From Opitutales bacterium (GTDB taxonomy: Bacteria > Verrucomicrobiota > Verrucomicrobiia > Opitutales > PNEW01): a stretch of DNA of 64,000 bases. The DNA lies in contig CBDANS010000007.1 of NCBI GenBank assembly GCA_965197745.1, positions 242,985 through 306,984 on the forward strand. Direction: 5' to 3'. The translations under genes were made by a program, and so were the position numbers. Shown here piece by piece: positions 38,578 through 48,493 of this stretch; position 1 is the first letter of the stretch, and every line of letters begins with the position of its first letter. The notes below the pieces were generated by a model. It was not told the DNA's origin. It did not search any database and saw only the letters and a program-made list of their open reading frames with translations.

Positions 38578-40296
38578 TTAGCTGTCTTCAGTAAATCTCC
38601 AATCAACCAGTTTGAGCTGAGGCGATTTTCGACCATTCCAGAAATTCCATGCCAGTTTGGCGGCTAAATCTATGGGTTTGTTTCGAGGAGGAATTTTATC
38701 ACCCTGGTTCCAGGCTACTCCAAATAGGCGCATGCCGCTATTGGGTTCAAGCTGGAAACGGAAGTGATTTTGACCAAACGGTTCTGGTTGTGACTTTAAT
38801 ATAATATTGTGCAAACCAAATATAGGCTCTGCGTTGCCTTGGCCAAATGGATGGAGGAGATTTAAATCATCGAGAAACTGCTCATTGATGGACTCGGGGG
38901 TTATCCATATGGCAATTTCTAATTCTGGCTCTTGCCGCAAACCTTTCAAATAATCATCTACGGCCTCATGAAATGCTTTTTGAAATTCCATTAAACGACT
39001 GGGGTCAAGAGAGACACCAACGGCCATGGGATGCCCTCCCCACTGCCCAAGCAATTCTTGACACTTTTTGAGGATCTCAACCAGGTTGACTCCCTTGATA
39101 CTTCGTCCCGAACCTTTAGCCAAATTTCCTTCAGCCCCTAAAACAATACAGGGCCGATAATATTTTTGGGTCATGCGACTGGCAACGATACCCACTACGC
39201 CGGGGTGCCACGCATCGTTATAAAGGACAATTCCCGCAACCTCAGGACAGGTATTTTCAAATAGCTCTATTGCTTCTGAAAAAATATTGCGTTCAATAGC
39301 CCGGCGTTCCTCATTAAAGTTATTGAGCGTGTGTGCTGCTTCCTGGCACAGCTTTTGATCATCGCTCAAGAGCATTTTAATGGGAAGAGTAGCGTCAGCT
39401 AATCGCCCGCTGGCATTTATACGGGGACTTAAACGATAGGATATATCCACCGTTGACACCTCTTCTCCGAGTGTCATGCCACTTATTTCGCAGAGGGCGT
39501 TTAGGCCCAGACGATTAGAATTTTTGAGGGAGTTTAATCCCGCCTTAGTTAGAATGCGGTTTTCCCCGCAAAGGGGAACGAGATCAGCGATAGTCCCCAT
39601 TGCCACGAGGTCTAGATAGTCTTTCAACTCGATATCACTGGCCAGGGGATGGCCGCGATTACGCAATTCTTTAAGAAAGCCGTGCACTAATTTAAAGACA
39701 AGCCCAACGCTGCATAAGTGTCGCCATGGCTCTGCTTCGTTGTCATAAACATGAGGATTAATAATAATACAATCATTGGGTATTGCTTCTTTCGAAGGGT
39801 GGTGATCAATAATAATGACATCAACCCCCTGTTCACGGAGGAAAGAAACTTCATCATTTGAATTGGTTCCACAATCGATGGCGATGAAAAGATTTACATG
39901 GCCTCCTTGTAGGGCCCGTTCTATAGCGGCATGGGAAAGGCCATATCCTTCCTCCATGCGTCTTGGTACGAGATAGCGTGGATAAAGACTAAAACGATTG
40001 AGGATACTGACGAGTAATACAGTACTCGTTATGCCGTCGACATCATAGTCGCCAAGGATCAGGATTTCTTCATTCGATGCCATCGCCTGGCACAACCGCT
40101 CCACCGCGCGCTTGAGATTGGTGACACGAAAGGGATCATCAAGCACCCCAAGCCGGGGGTTAATGAAGTCATTGACAGCTTGTGTTTCGGTTAATCCCCT
40201 GTGGACAAGAAGGCTTGCTATGATTTTACTGATACCGAGCTGATTGTTTATATTATAAACATGATCCTCGGCTATCGGCGTATTTATCCAGCGCAT
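38578..40296 (-). CDS. recJ: Single-stranded-DNA-specific exonuclease RecJ
   Basis: DHH family motifs: ILGDYDVDGITS, IAIDCG, VIIIDHH, GGHPMAVG. Confidence 0.93.
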   Translation of the reverse strand: MRWINTPIAEDHVYNINNQLGISKIIASLLVHRGLTETQAVNDFINPRLGVLDDPFRVTNLKRAVERLCQAMASNEEILILGDYDVDGITSTVLLVSILNRFSLYPRYLVPRRMEEGYGLSHAAIERALQGGHVNLFIAIDCGTNSNDEVSFLREQGVDVIIIDHHPSKEAIPNDCIIINPHVYDNEAEPWRHLCSVGLVFKLVHGFLKELRNRGHPLASDIELKDYLDLVAMGTIADLVPLCGENRILTKAGLNSLKNSNRLGLNALCEISGMTLGEEVSTVDISYRLSPRINASGRLADATLPIKMLLSDDQKLCQEAAHTLNNFNEERRAIERNIFSEAIELFENTCPEVAGIVLYNDAWHPGVVGIVASRMTQKYYRPCIVLGAEGNLAKGSGRSIKGVNLVEILKKCQELLGQWGGHPMAVGVSLDPSRLMEFQKAFHEAVDDYLKGLRQEPELEIAIWITPESINEQFLDDLNLLHPFGQGNAEPIFGLHNIILKSQPEPFGQNHFRFQLEPNSGMRLFGVAWNQGDKIPPRNKPIDLAAKLAWNFWNGRKSPQLKLVDWRFTEDS

Positions 40297-40304
40297 GATT
40301 TACT

Positions 40305-42875
40305 TTAAGTGGTCTTTCCCGTGCTCTCCCAGTCACGTTTGGGAACCACATCGTGCTGATCTTCGACGTGTCTGCGATCACCTTTATGCCACCAGTAAAA
40401 TACAGGACTGGCAATAAAGATAGAGGAAAAAGTACCCGTAAGTATACCGATTAGAAAGACAAGAGCGAAATCGATAATCACTCCAGCCGCAAAAATATAA
40501 AGGGCGAGCGTGGCTAGCATGGTTGTCAAACTGGTTAATATAGTGCGTGCCAACGTGCGGTTAATTGCGTTGTTAACTATTTTTTTAAGGTTCATGCCAG
40601 GATTAAGTTCTAACTCTTCACGTATGCGGTCAAAAACGACAATGCTATCGTTAATAGAGTAGCCTATGACCATAAGGATGGCAGCGACCATCGGCGCGGT
40701 GAATTGTCCACTTCCAATCCCCAGCATCCCTAGAAGAACAAATAGTCCGAGGGTCATTAATACATCATGGATGGTCGCAACGACAGCACCCACTCCATAC
40801 CCGAACTCGAATCGAAAAGCGACGTAAAGCAGTATTCCAATTAAGGCCACGGAGAATGAGAGAAGGGCACTGTACTGAACTTCCTTTCCCACCGATGCGC
40901 CAACATGAGTCTCACCCACCATCTTCAATCCGGCGTTTGGGTAGGCATTTTCTAAAGCGGTGAAAAAGCTTTGTCCCATTTCACTCTCGGTCTGAATTTT
41001 TAATATTTCTCCCCCCTCACCGATGATACTCTGGTAGATGGGATTAACTTCTCCGAAGTCTCCATTCTCGGCGATACGCTGAATTTCCTCGTAACTGAGT
41101 TCGCGTTCGTAAGTGAGGGTAATCTCATCACCTCCGAGGAAATCAATACCGAGGATTTTATTAAAACTGGAGAAAACAGAAATTAAACCAATGAGGACAA
41201 TGATCCATGATGTGATAAAAGCGGGTCTGCGGTAATCGAGAAAATTGATTATATTAGCCTGGTGAATACTTAAACGCATCATTCTTTTAATGAGGCCTGT
41301 ATTGATGAGGAATTCGAGAATAAATCGGCTGACGATAAGCGCGCAGAACATGGAAGCCAATATACCAATGGCGAGAGTGACGCCGAATCCCTTTACCGGG
41401 CCGGACCCCAGCCAGATGAGAATACCCGCGGTAATGAGTGTTGTGACATTGGCATCAATGATTGTCGAAAGCACTTTGTCATATCCGGAGATAAGTGAAG
41501 TGAGAAGTTTTTTCCCGGATTTTAACTCTTCGCGTATGCGTTCAAAGATGAGAATATTGGCATCTACGGCCATGCCTATGGTGAGAATAAGAGCAGCCAC
41601 ACCGGGAAGACTCACAGTGGCCCCGATGCTGGCCAGCGTTCCCACGACAATGACGATATTTATCGTTACAGAAATTACGGCAACCAGGCCAGCTGATTGG
41701 TAGTATATAATCATGAAAAAGATAACCAGTACCGCGCCGAAGAAAGCGGCTTCGATACTGGCCAGGCGGGCATCCTTGGCCAGGGTTGGACCCACTTCAT
41801 ACATTTCTACGACTTCAAGGCCAACTTCCAGCGGATTGTTTAAGACATTAGCTAATTCAACTGCTTCTCTTTGTGAAAAGCGTCCAGAGATTTCCGCCCC
41901 ACCCCGAATTTCATCTTTTACCGTTGGAGCCGAATAAAGTTTCCCGTCGAGTATAATCGCGAGCTGTCCTAAGATGTTCTGCCTGCTGCTTTTATTTTCT
42001 TCGCCTATGCGTCGGGTGATATCGGCAAATTTATTCTCCCCTTCATCAGTAAAGCTCAAGAGGACACGATACCCGCCAAACTCATTAGGCGAAGCATAGG
42101 CATTGCTGATGATTTCACCCGTTGTCTCAGGTACTTTTTTGATAAAGTAAGAGCGTTCAACGATTTCGCCACTACGGGGATCCTCGTCTTCTTCGACCAT
42201 GAGGACGTAACCGGGCGGTGTCAGTTCAGGTGGTGTCGTGCGGGGGTCTGCGGTGCGGTGGACAAGACTGAACTCAAGGAGAGCGGGCGCCTGGAGAGAA
42301 TCGATGGCATCGGGATTATCGCGGGTGGATAGCCCTGGCATCTGCACTTCGATAGCATTGTTACCCCGAATACGAATCACGGGCTCCGCGACACCCAGAC
42401 CATCAACGCGGCGGGCAATAATGCTTTTTGCTTGTGATAATTGTTCATTGCGTTCCCAGTCCTCCTCTGAGAGGTCTTCCTCTTTGACTTTAAAAGTGAA
42501 AGCTACACCACCCTTAAGATCTAACCCCAGCTTTACCTTGCCATGAGATTCATCTAAGAGGTAACGCAAAATAGTATCATTGCGTTTTTTGATATTCTTT
42601 ATGTCATGCGCGTTGATCTCGGGAAAATGTTCTTGAAGATCGATATTCTCCTCATCGACAATCCGCTTCAGCGCAATAAATAGAGTAGGATCCTCTCCGG
42701 CTTCAACTTGATCCTTGGCGCGTTGGAGGATACTATTGAACGTTTCCTCTTTGAATGTAACATTTGCCTTAACAAAGTCTTCAAAGGGGGTGTCCTCCCA
42801 TGGGACTATATTAAGGATAGCCCAGGCGAGAATTAAAGCGGAAACCACACTTTTCCAAAGAATGCTACCAGTCAT
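40305..42875 (-). CDS. secDF: Protein translocase subunit SecDF (fused)
   Basis: 856 aa. SecD periplasmic domain with 6 TM helices, followed by a SecF half (LDYRRPAFITSW..., GVGAVVATIHDVLMTLG). Confidence 0.93.
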   Translation of the reverse strand: MTGSILWKSVVSALILAWAILNIVPWEDTPFEDFVKANVTFKEETFNSILQRAKDQVEAGEDPTLFIALKRIVDEENIDLQEHFPEINAHDIKNIKKRNDTILRYLLDESHGKVKLGLDLKGGVAFTFKVKEEDLSEEDWERNEQLSQAKSIIARRVDGLGVAEPVIRIRGNNAIEVQMPGLSTRDNPDAIDSLQAPALLEFSLVHRTADPRTTPPELTPPGYVLMVEEDEDPRSGEIVERSYFIKKVPETTGEIISNAYASPNEFGGYRVLLSFTDEGENKFADITRRIGEENKSSRQNILGQLAIILDGKLYSAPTVKDEIRGGAEISGRFSQREAVELANVLNNPLEVGLEVVEMYEVGPTLAKDARLASIEAAFFGAVLVIFFMIIYYQSAGLVAVISVTINIVIVVGTLASIGATVSLPGVAALILTIGMAVDANILIFERIREELKSGKKLLTSLISGYDKVLSTIIDANVTTLITAGILIWLGSGPVKGFGVTLAIGILASMFCALIVSRFILEFLINTGLIKRMMRLSIHQANIINFLDYRRPAFITSWIIVLIGLISVFSSFNKILGIDFLGGDEITLTYERELSYEEIQRIAENGDFGEVNPIYQSIIGEGGEILKIQTESEMGQSFFTALENAYPNAGLKMVGETHVGASVGKEVQYSALLSFSVALIGILLYVAFRFEFGYGVGAVVATIHDVLMTLGLFVLLGMLGIGSGQFTAPMVAAILMVIGYSINDSIVVFDRIREELELNPGMNLKKIVNNAINRTLARTILTSLTTMLATLALYIFAAGVIIDFALVFLIGILTGTFSSIFIASPVFYWWHKGDRRHVEDQHDVVPKRDWESTGKTT

Positions 42876-42908
42876 AAAAGGATAAGCTAGGTCTTAGACA
42901 ACTGACAC

Positions 42909-43205
42909 TCAGGAATCTGATTTGTCCTTTTTCTCAAGTTTGCTCTGAACATAACTTTTGTTCAGTTCTATTTTCGTGTTATCGGACACTCTTACCACGA
43001 AACGATCACCTTTTACATTGGTGATGATGCCGTATATTCCTCCGTTTGTTACAATTTCATCTCCCGTCCCTAATGATCGAATCATCTTATCATGGTCTTT
43101 TTGTTTTTTGCGTTGAGGGGCAATAATAAGAAACCACATGCCCGCGAAAAGCAGACCAAATATCAGAATTTGAAAAGATGGGTTAGATCCTCCCTGTTGT
43201 GCCAT
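42909..43205 (-). CDS. yajC: Preprotein translocase subunit YajC
   Basis: One TM helix then PQRKKQKDHDKMIRSLGTGDEIVTNGGIYGIITNV. I prefer ATG 43205 (98 aa) over the track start at 43283. Confidence 0.85.
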   Translation of the reverse strand: MAQQGGSNPSFQILIFGLLFAGMWFLIIAPQRKKQKDHDKMIRSLGTGDEIVTNGGIYGIITNVKGDRFVVRVSDNTKIELNKSYVQSKLEKKDKSDS

Positions 43206-43363
43206 TACGATCGGATAATGTAAAAGAGAATCAATCATGATAATATATATTGCGGGATTGGAATAATGGAAAGGGTCAATCAAATTTACTGATATTTAAA
43301 AGGCAAGTCATTTCAAATTTGCTTTTTTAACAGTCAGACTTCACACAGCTGGAATTAAGAATT

Positions 43364-44614
43364 TTATTCGGGAGAAAACGCAGCGACTTTTATAAAGGCA
43401 TCATCAGCCATACAAATAGCCGCATCGATATCTGATTCCTGGTGAGCGGCGTTAACGAACCAATTGTGGTGGGGGTGAAAAAAAACACCGTTTTCCATAC
43501 AATATCCACTAAATTTTTGCATGCGCATTAAATAGGATTCTCCATAAAAACGCATGTATGGTAAAGCGGGCGGTCCAGAACATTTTACTTCAATTCCATG
43601 TTTTGCCGCAGCATTCTCCAGACCCTGCGTGAGACGTCTGCCCATATTCTCGAGGTGTTCAACAACCTTATCTCGCTTGAGAATATGAAGGCAGGTTAGA
43701 GCAGCCGCCATGGGCACTGCACTGAACCAATAGCTGCCTGTCATAAAAACCTTGCTTGCGGCCTGTTTAATATCTTCACGTCCGAGCGCGGCAGAAAGGG
43801 GGTAGCCGTTGGCAATCGCCTTACAGTAACAGGCAATGTCAGGAGTAAAATCAAATACCCGGTGTGAACCCCCGTGATGGAGGCGAAATCCAGCCCTTAT
43901 GTCGTCGAGAATTAATACGATGCTTTCACTTCTACAGGTATTCTCGATCTCCTTTAAATACCCCTCCGCCGGCAATAGGGAATCAGCAGCGCCAGGGTGA
44001 TGGTATGGAGTCGTAAATACAGCCGCAATTTGATCTTTGTGTTGTGTAATCAAATCGTGGAAGCTTTTTAAATCATTCCATTTATAGGTGTGGGTGTGAA
44101 CATGATCTTCCTCAATGGAACCGCTCGTTACCCGCTGGGAACACCAGGAGGCGGTGCCATGGTAAGCGCCCTCGACGGTCAGGACTTTTTTACGACCAGT
44201 ATATTCACGTGCGATTTTAGTAGCCCAGTGTATCATGTCAGATCCGTTTTTCCCAAAGACAGCCCAATCGGCAAAATCTATCGTATCTACAAGATATTCA
44301 GCTAATTCAACGAACCGTTCGCTGGGATGATTGAAACAATCCCCAGCTTTACTTTGTTCATCGGCTGCAGCGCATACTTCAGCGTTATTATGACCTAAAA
44401 TGATGGGGCCATAACTGCAGAGGAAATCAATGTATTCGCGTCCATCGATGTCCCAGTAACGACAGCCGTCAGCGCGAGCCGCAAAATAGGGCGCAATTCC
44501 TGGTACGGTGTTTGCGGGACTGTTATGACCGTAGATCCCGCCGGGAATGACTTGAACCGCGCGTTCAAATAGTTTTTGAGTGTTTTTTGCAAGCTTCGGC
44601 GCTTTAGTTTCCAT
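43364..44614 (-). CDS. Class III PLP-dependent aminotransferase (glutamate-1-semialdehyde aminomutase-like)
   Basis: 416 aa. N-terminal GGIYGHNS...YFAARADGCRYWDIDGREYIDFLCSYGPIILGH. Length and motif order fit the aminotransferase class III family. The substrate cannot be inferred. Confidence 0.75.
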   Translation of the reverse strand: METKAPKLAKNTQKLFERAVQVIPGGIYGHNSPANTVPGIAPYFAARADGCRYWDIDGREYIDFLCSYGPIILGHNNAEVCAAADEQSKAGDCFNHPSERFVELAEYLVDTIDFADWAVFGKNGSDMIHWATKIAREYTGRKKVLTVEGAYHGTASWCSQRVTSGSIEEDHVHTHTYKWNDLKSFHDLITQHKDQIAAVFTTPYHHPGAADSLLPAEGYLKEIENTCRSESIVLILDDIRAGFRLHHGGSHRVFDFTPDIACYCKAIANGYPLSAALGREDIKQAASKVFMTGSYWFSAVPMAAALTCLHILKRDKVVEHLENMGRRLTQGLENAAAKHGIEVKCSGPPALPYMRFYGESYLMRMQKFSGYCMENGVFFHPHHNWFVNAAHQESDIDAAICMADDAFIKVAAFSPE

Positions 44615-45389
44615 GATTGAGATATAATGAAATACGATCGCTGATCAGCCCCAGGCGTTCGGCTAAGGTGATATCTCCTTCAATGCGTAAAGATCCCAAT
44701 CCAATTTCCGCCATGTTGATTATTTTGTTACGAAATGCCGCTAATGCAATATTGGAATCTTCAAATATAATTTTTACGTCCGGGGAGTGGGGAGGTGCGC
44801 CCTTACCGTGATTGATTTTACCTCCCTTCCATTGAATCCAACCGGTAATATCACAGTCATTGATTGTTAAATATGCCAGTCCCTCCGGTGTCGCTTTTAT
44901 GAGTTGACGGGATGTCTCTTCGTTTTCACCTAACTCTTTTGTCGCCGCTAAAATGATCCCGAAGAGGATTTTTAAATGCTTAGCACGAAATGCCGAATCC
45001 TCCAGAGTGTTGGCGTCCGGTTGCACGTATTTTGTAAAAAGAGTGCTTAGGTGTTTAAATATAATCAGTTGCTTTATCCGCCAGCACCCCCGCGTTATTA
45101 AAGGAAAAGCAAAACCGCTTTGATTAAACATGTGGTTAAGTTGTCGCTCGGAGAGGAAAACCATTTTTATCGCTTTTGCATTATCGTTCGCTCCCATAAA
45201 CTCGCAGCAACCGTTCTCAAATTTAATCACAGCATTTAATTGAGAGCGTGTGCTGATAGAGATGGAAAAATTCGTTTTTCCGAGGATTTGCTTAGCCTCA
45301 GGAACCACCGTCATAAAATCCTCGAAAGCGTAAAGGACAGCGTTAAGATGCAATCGACAAAGAATATGATCTTCAGCAGCGGAATTCAT
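44604..45389 (-). CDS. Hypothetical protein, no family recognised
   Basis: 261-aa ORF. Its stop overlaps the downstream aminotransferase start by 11 nt, and it begins 8 nt after the upstream GT stop. Coding status is supported by this operon context only. Confidence 0.5.
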   Translation of the reverse strand: MNSAAEDHILCRLHLNAVLYAFEDFMTVVPEAKQILGKTNFSISISTRSQLNAVIKFENGCCEFMGANDNAKAIKMVFLSERQLNHMFNQSGFAFPLITRGCWRIKQLIIFKHLSTLFTKYVQPDANTLEDSAFRAKHLKILFGIILAATKELGENEETSRQLIKATPEGLAYLTINDCDITGWIQWKGGKINHGKGAPPHSPDVKIIFEDSNIALAAFRNKIINMAEIGLGSLRIEGDITLAERLGLISDRISLYLNHGN

Positions 45390-45397
45390 CGATCTAT

Positions 45398-46510
45398 TTA
45401 AGGGATTAAATGGTGGATCTTTTCCAGAATGTCGATGGGGTGTTGCCGGGGCCGGACCGCCTCCATCTTTGCTTTTTCATCCTCGCGGGTTCGAGGGTTG
45501 TTCATCCAATCTTTCAGCATGTCCGGAAGCTGGCGTGCTCTATTTATGGTCCTTGCGAATCCATGCTTTTGGCAGTATTTCAACGTGATGTATTCCTGGG
45601 GCATGACTCCCCCCATAGTATTATGTATTATTGGGCAACCGGTAACTATGGCTTCACTCGTGGTTCCAGTCCCGGGGCGAGCTAATATCGCTGAAGCGCC
45701 TTGTAGCAGTTGGTTCATATTCTCGTGATACCCCAGGGGTGTGATTTGCCAATCGGAAAATTGATTTGCCCAGGATATTATTTTGCGGTGAGATTTTTTA
45801 TTATAACCACAGAGAGCCGTTACTTCAGGTTTTAACGCTGCTCTTTTTAAAGCTTTTAAAAAAGATAAATGGTTGTGTGCGCTGTTCGCGCCTGTTGATA
45901 GAATGAGCTTAAAATTTTTATTATATTCTTCCTTTGTGGGGTGATTGTAAAATTCGGGTTTAAGGAGAAAACCCCCACACCAGTTTTTGTCTTTCGGCAT
46001 TCCCCATTGCGTTGCGGCTTCACAGGTTTCTGGTACCGCGCCGATAAAGAGATCGCATTCCGAATTTACCCAGTGTTTGCTGAAACCATATCCCCCGTAG
46101 AGTTCGCCACAGTAGGTAACACATGCCAGTGGTGATTTTATTCCTTCTTGAGCCATTTTAAAAAACCCATGATTGAGATGTCCGTGGGTGCTTATAATTA
46201 TCTGTGGCTGATAAGATTTAATAAGTTTTCGATATTTGTTTTTACCCAGCAATCTCCCCTTCGATCGATGCATGGAGGCAAGCTCAAGATAATTGAAATA
46301 AAGATGGTGCAGGCGGGGAGATCTTTTCTGAATAAAATTATAAAGACTTACACCGAAAGCGTAGAGAGGGTGGGTTAACTCTAAGGCTGAGTGTATGGAG
46401 ACTTCAAAATTAAACTTACGCGCATCATCCGTTTGTGCCCATGCTTTGAATGCCTGCGCGCGCATGTTATGGCCGCCGCCAGTGCTCGATGTCAAAATGA
46501 GAATTCGCAT
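45398..46510 (-). CDS. GT28 / MGDG-synthase-like glycosyltransferase (diacylglycerol or lipid glycosyltransferase family)
   Basis: The N-terminus MRILILTSSTGGGHNMRAQAF matches the MGDG_synth / UgtP-type signature (ILIL(T/S)xxxGxGH). The C-terminal half has a GT-B motif (ARPGTGTTSEAI). Confidence 0.7.
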   Translation of the reverse strand: MRILILTSSTGGGHNMRAQAFKAWAQTDDARKFNFEVSIHSALELTHPLYAFGVSLYNFIQKRSPRLHHLYFNYLELASMHRSKGRLLGKNKYRKLIKSYQPQIIISTHGHLNHGFFKMAQEGIKSPLACVTYCGELYGGYGFSKHWVNSECDLFIGAVPETCEAATQWGMPKDKNWCGGFLLKPEFYNHPTKEEYNKNFKLILSTGANSAHNHLSFLKALKRAALKPEVTALCGYNKKSHRKIISWANQFSDWQITPLGYHENMNQLLQGASAILARPGTGTTSEAIVTGCPIIHNTMGGVMPQEYITLKYCQKHGFARTINRARQLPDMLKDWMNNPRTREDEKAKMEAVRPRQHPIDILEKIHHLIP

Positions 46511-46676
46511 TATGGTGTAAAAGGTGGATCTGAAACCTGCCTATTCTAATTCCACTTGATTTTATGTTGGGTGCAAATCATTTAGTCCATGGGTATTCGA
46601 GTTATGGCGTAATTATTTGTTATCTATGGTCATGCCTGTTGACTTAGAGACTTAAACGAACGATAATTAAAACGCC

Positions 46677-47606
46677 ATGTTGATCGCATCGCGTAAGCAG
46701 GTCTACTCTTTAGCGTCTCCCAGCGCTGGTTACATTCCGGAGGCGATAGGGGATGAAAAAACTATCCTGTGTCTGCACGAGGGAAAAGATCTGTCCGTTA
46801 TTGTATATGAAGGAGGTGAACTCGCATTACGTTCAAATGGTCATACCCATAATGTTCATTCCGATGTAGTGGAATCGATTGAATGCGTCACCATCATAGG
46901 CGAAGTCCCCCCGCTGGTATTAATGGGAACGGAAGCGCCTCATCTCTATCAAATTTCAGATAATGGTAAACCAGCAAAACGTATGATTGCATTTGATCAA
47001 CTTAATGCTCGCGATCAGTGGTATACACCGTGGGGAGGTCCTGCCTCCGTGCGCAGCATCGCCCACACAGGCGATTGGGTCTATGCCGATATCCACGTTG
47101 GCAGCATCATGCGTTCCCCCGATCGTGGCACTACCTGGGAACCGGTGAAACCAACCTTACACGAAGATGTCCACCAGGTAATTACCTCTCATCTTGCCGA
47201 AACGCGTGTTTATGCCAATACGGCAGACGCTGTTTATGTCAGCGAGGACCATGGGAACTCATGGGAACATCGTGCCAGTGGTCTGAGCGCTCGCTATGGT
47301 CGTGCCATCGCAGTGCATCCCCATGAACCGGACTGCCTCCTCGCAACCGTGAGTCAAGGTCCCGGATCTGATGTTAATGGTCAGCTCTATCGCTCAGATA
47401 ATGTGGGGCGCACCTGGTCCCATGTTACTTCCGGGTTTCCTCCTTCAACCTATAATAATATCGACACATTCCAGGTCACTTTTTCATCAGATGGCACGGC
47501 ATGGGCGGTAGTAGAAAAGGTCCTTTATAAAAGTGATGACCGGGGTAATACCTGGGAGATCTCCTGGGAAGCTTCGGATGAAATAATAATGCTTTCATGC
47601 GCATGA
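46677..47606 (+). CDS. BNR/Asp-box repeat beta-propeller protein (sialidase / Ycf48-like fold)
   Basis: Four Asp-boxes (SxDxGxTW): SPDRGTTWE, SEDHGNSWE, SDNVGRTWS, SDDRGNTWE. Confidence 0.75.
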   Translation: MLIASRKQVYSLASPSAGYIPEAIGDEKTILCLHEGKDLSVIVYEGGELALRSNGHTHNVHSDVVESIECVTIIGEVPPLVLMGTEAPHLYQISDNGKPAKRMIAFDQLNARDQWYTPWGGPASVRSIAHTGDWVYADIHVGSIMRSPDRGTTWEPVKPTLHEDVHQVITSHLAETRVYANTADAVYVSEDHGNSWEHRASGLSARYGRAIAVHPHEPDCLLATVSQGPGSDVNGQLYRSDNVGRTWSHVTSGFPPSTYNNIDTFQVTFSSDGTAWAVVEKVLYKSDDRGNTWEISWEASDEIIMLSCA

Positions 47607-47637
47607 TCATCACTTGTCCACTCAGAGAATTTTAAAT

Positions 47638-48426
47638 TTAATTTTTTCTCAACCAGCAAAACGAGTCTAGGAGAAAGAGAGAAATGCGTTGCTGGAATTT
47701 GAGTTTCATATAGGCAGTACCATCTTTAGGGGTGTAGCCAAGAAGCTTACAAGTTTGCCTGATATCGTATTGGCATTGGTAGTGACGTGAGAATCCATGA
47801 GCTATCGCAAAATCTATCCCGTCAACTTCAATGCACTGTTCAATTAAATGAGCAGAATCTCCTAGCGTAATCCAATTTGCTCGCTTTATCGGATCATTTT
47901 CAGGCGCTTTTTCTACAATACCACCGAAGCGAATACAGAGAGAGGAAAGACGATGCATATGAAAGAAACTTTGTGCTAGAGCCTCGCCAAAAACCTTGCA
48001 TGAGCCATATACATACAACGGGTTTGGGGCAGATTTCGGGGTAACTCTCATTCCATCGGGATACCCATTTATCGCGTTCACGCTGCTCGCATAAATAACG
48101 CGGCGACATCCCTGATCCGCAGCTGCCCGGTATATGTTATATACCCCTATGACATTACATGCTAATAAGGTATCGTAAAAATCAGCTTTTTGCGATGGAT
48201 CCGCGGCCAAATGGACCACCGTGTCCATTCCCTTACATGCCATCTGCATATCCTCAAGTTTGCTGATATCCAGCTTTTGGAAATCCGTATTCTTCTTTAA
48301 TGGATAATCTAAATTGCGAATATCCGTTAATCGAAGATCGTAACGATCCTGCCATTGGCACCCCAAATAACCGCCTAGATTTCCCGCGGCGCCTGTTATT
48401 AAAACTTTTCTCTTGGATTCAGACAT
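47638..48426 (-). CDS. NAD-dependent epimerase/dehydratase family SDR
   Basis: KVLITGAAGNLGGYL and YGSCKVFGE (YxxxK). I prefer ATG 48426 (MSESKRK...) over 48453. Confidence 0.75.
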   Translation of the reverse strand: MSESKRKVLITGAAGNLGGYLGCQWQDRYDLRLTDIRNLDYPLKKNTDFQKLDISKLEDMQMACKGMDTVVHLAADPSQKADFYDTLLACNVIGVYNIYRAAADQGCRRVIYASSVNAINGYPDGMRVTPKSAPNPLYVYGSCKVFGEALAQSFFHMHRLSSLCIRFGGIVEKAPENDPIKRANWITLGDSAHLIEQCIEVDGIDFAIAHGFSRHYQCQYDIRQTCKLLGYTPKDGTAYMKLKFQQRISLFLLDSFCWLRKN

Positions 48427-48493
48427 TAAAGATCTCAAAAAGGGGATTATCACAGGTTGTGATGTAAAACCCCGCGATATTTACAATCTTAAT

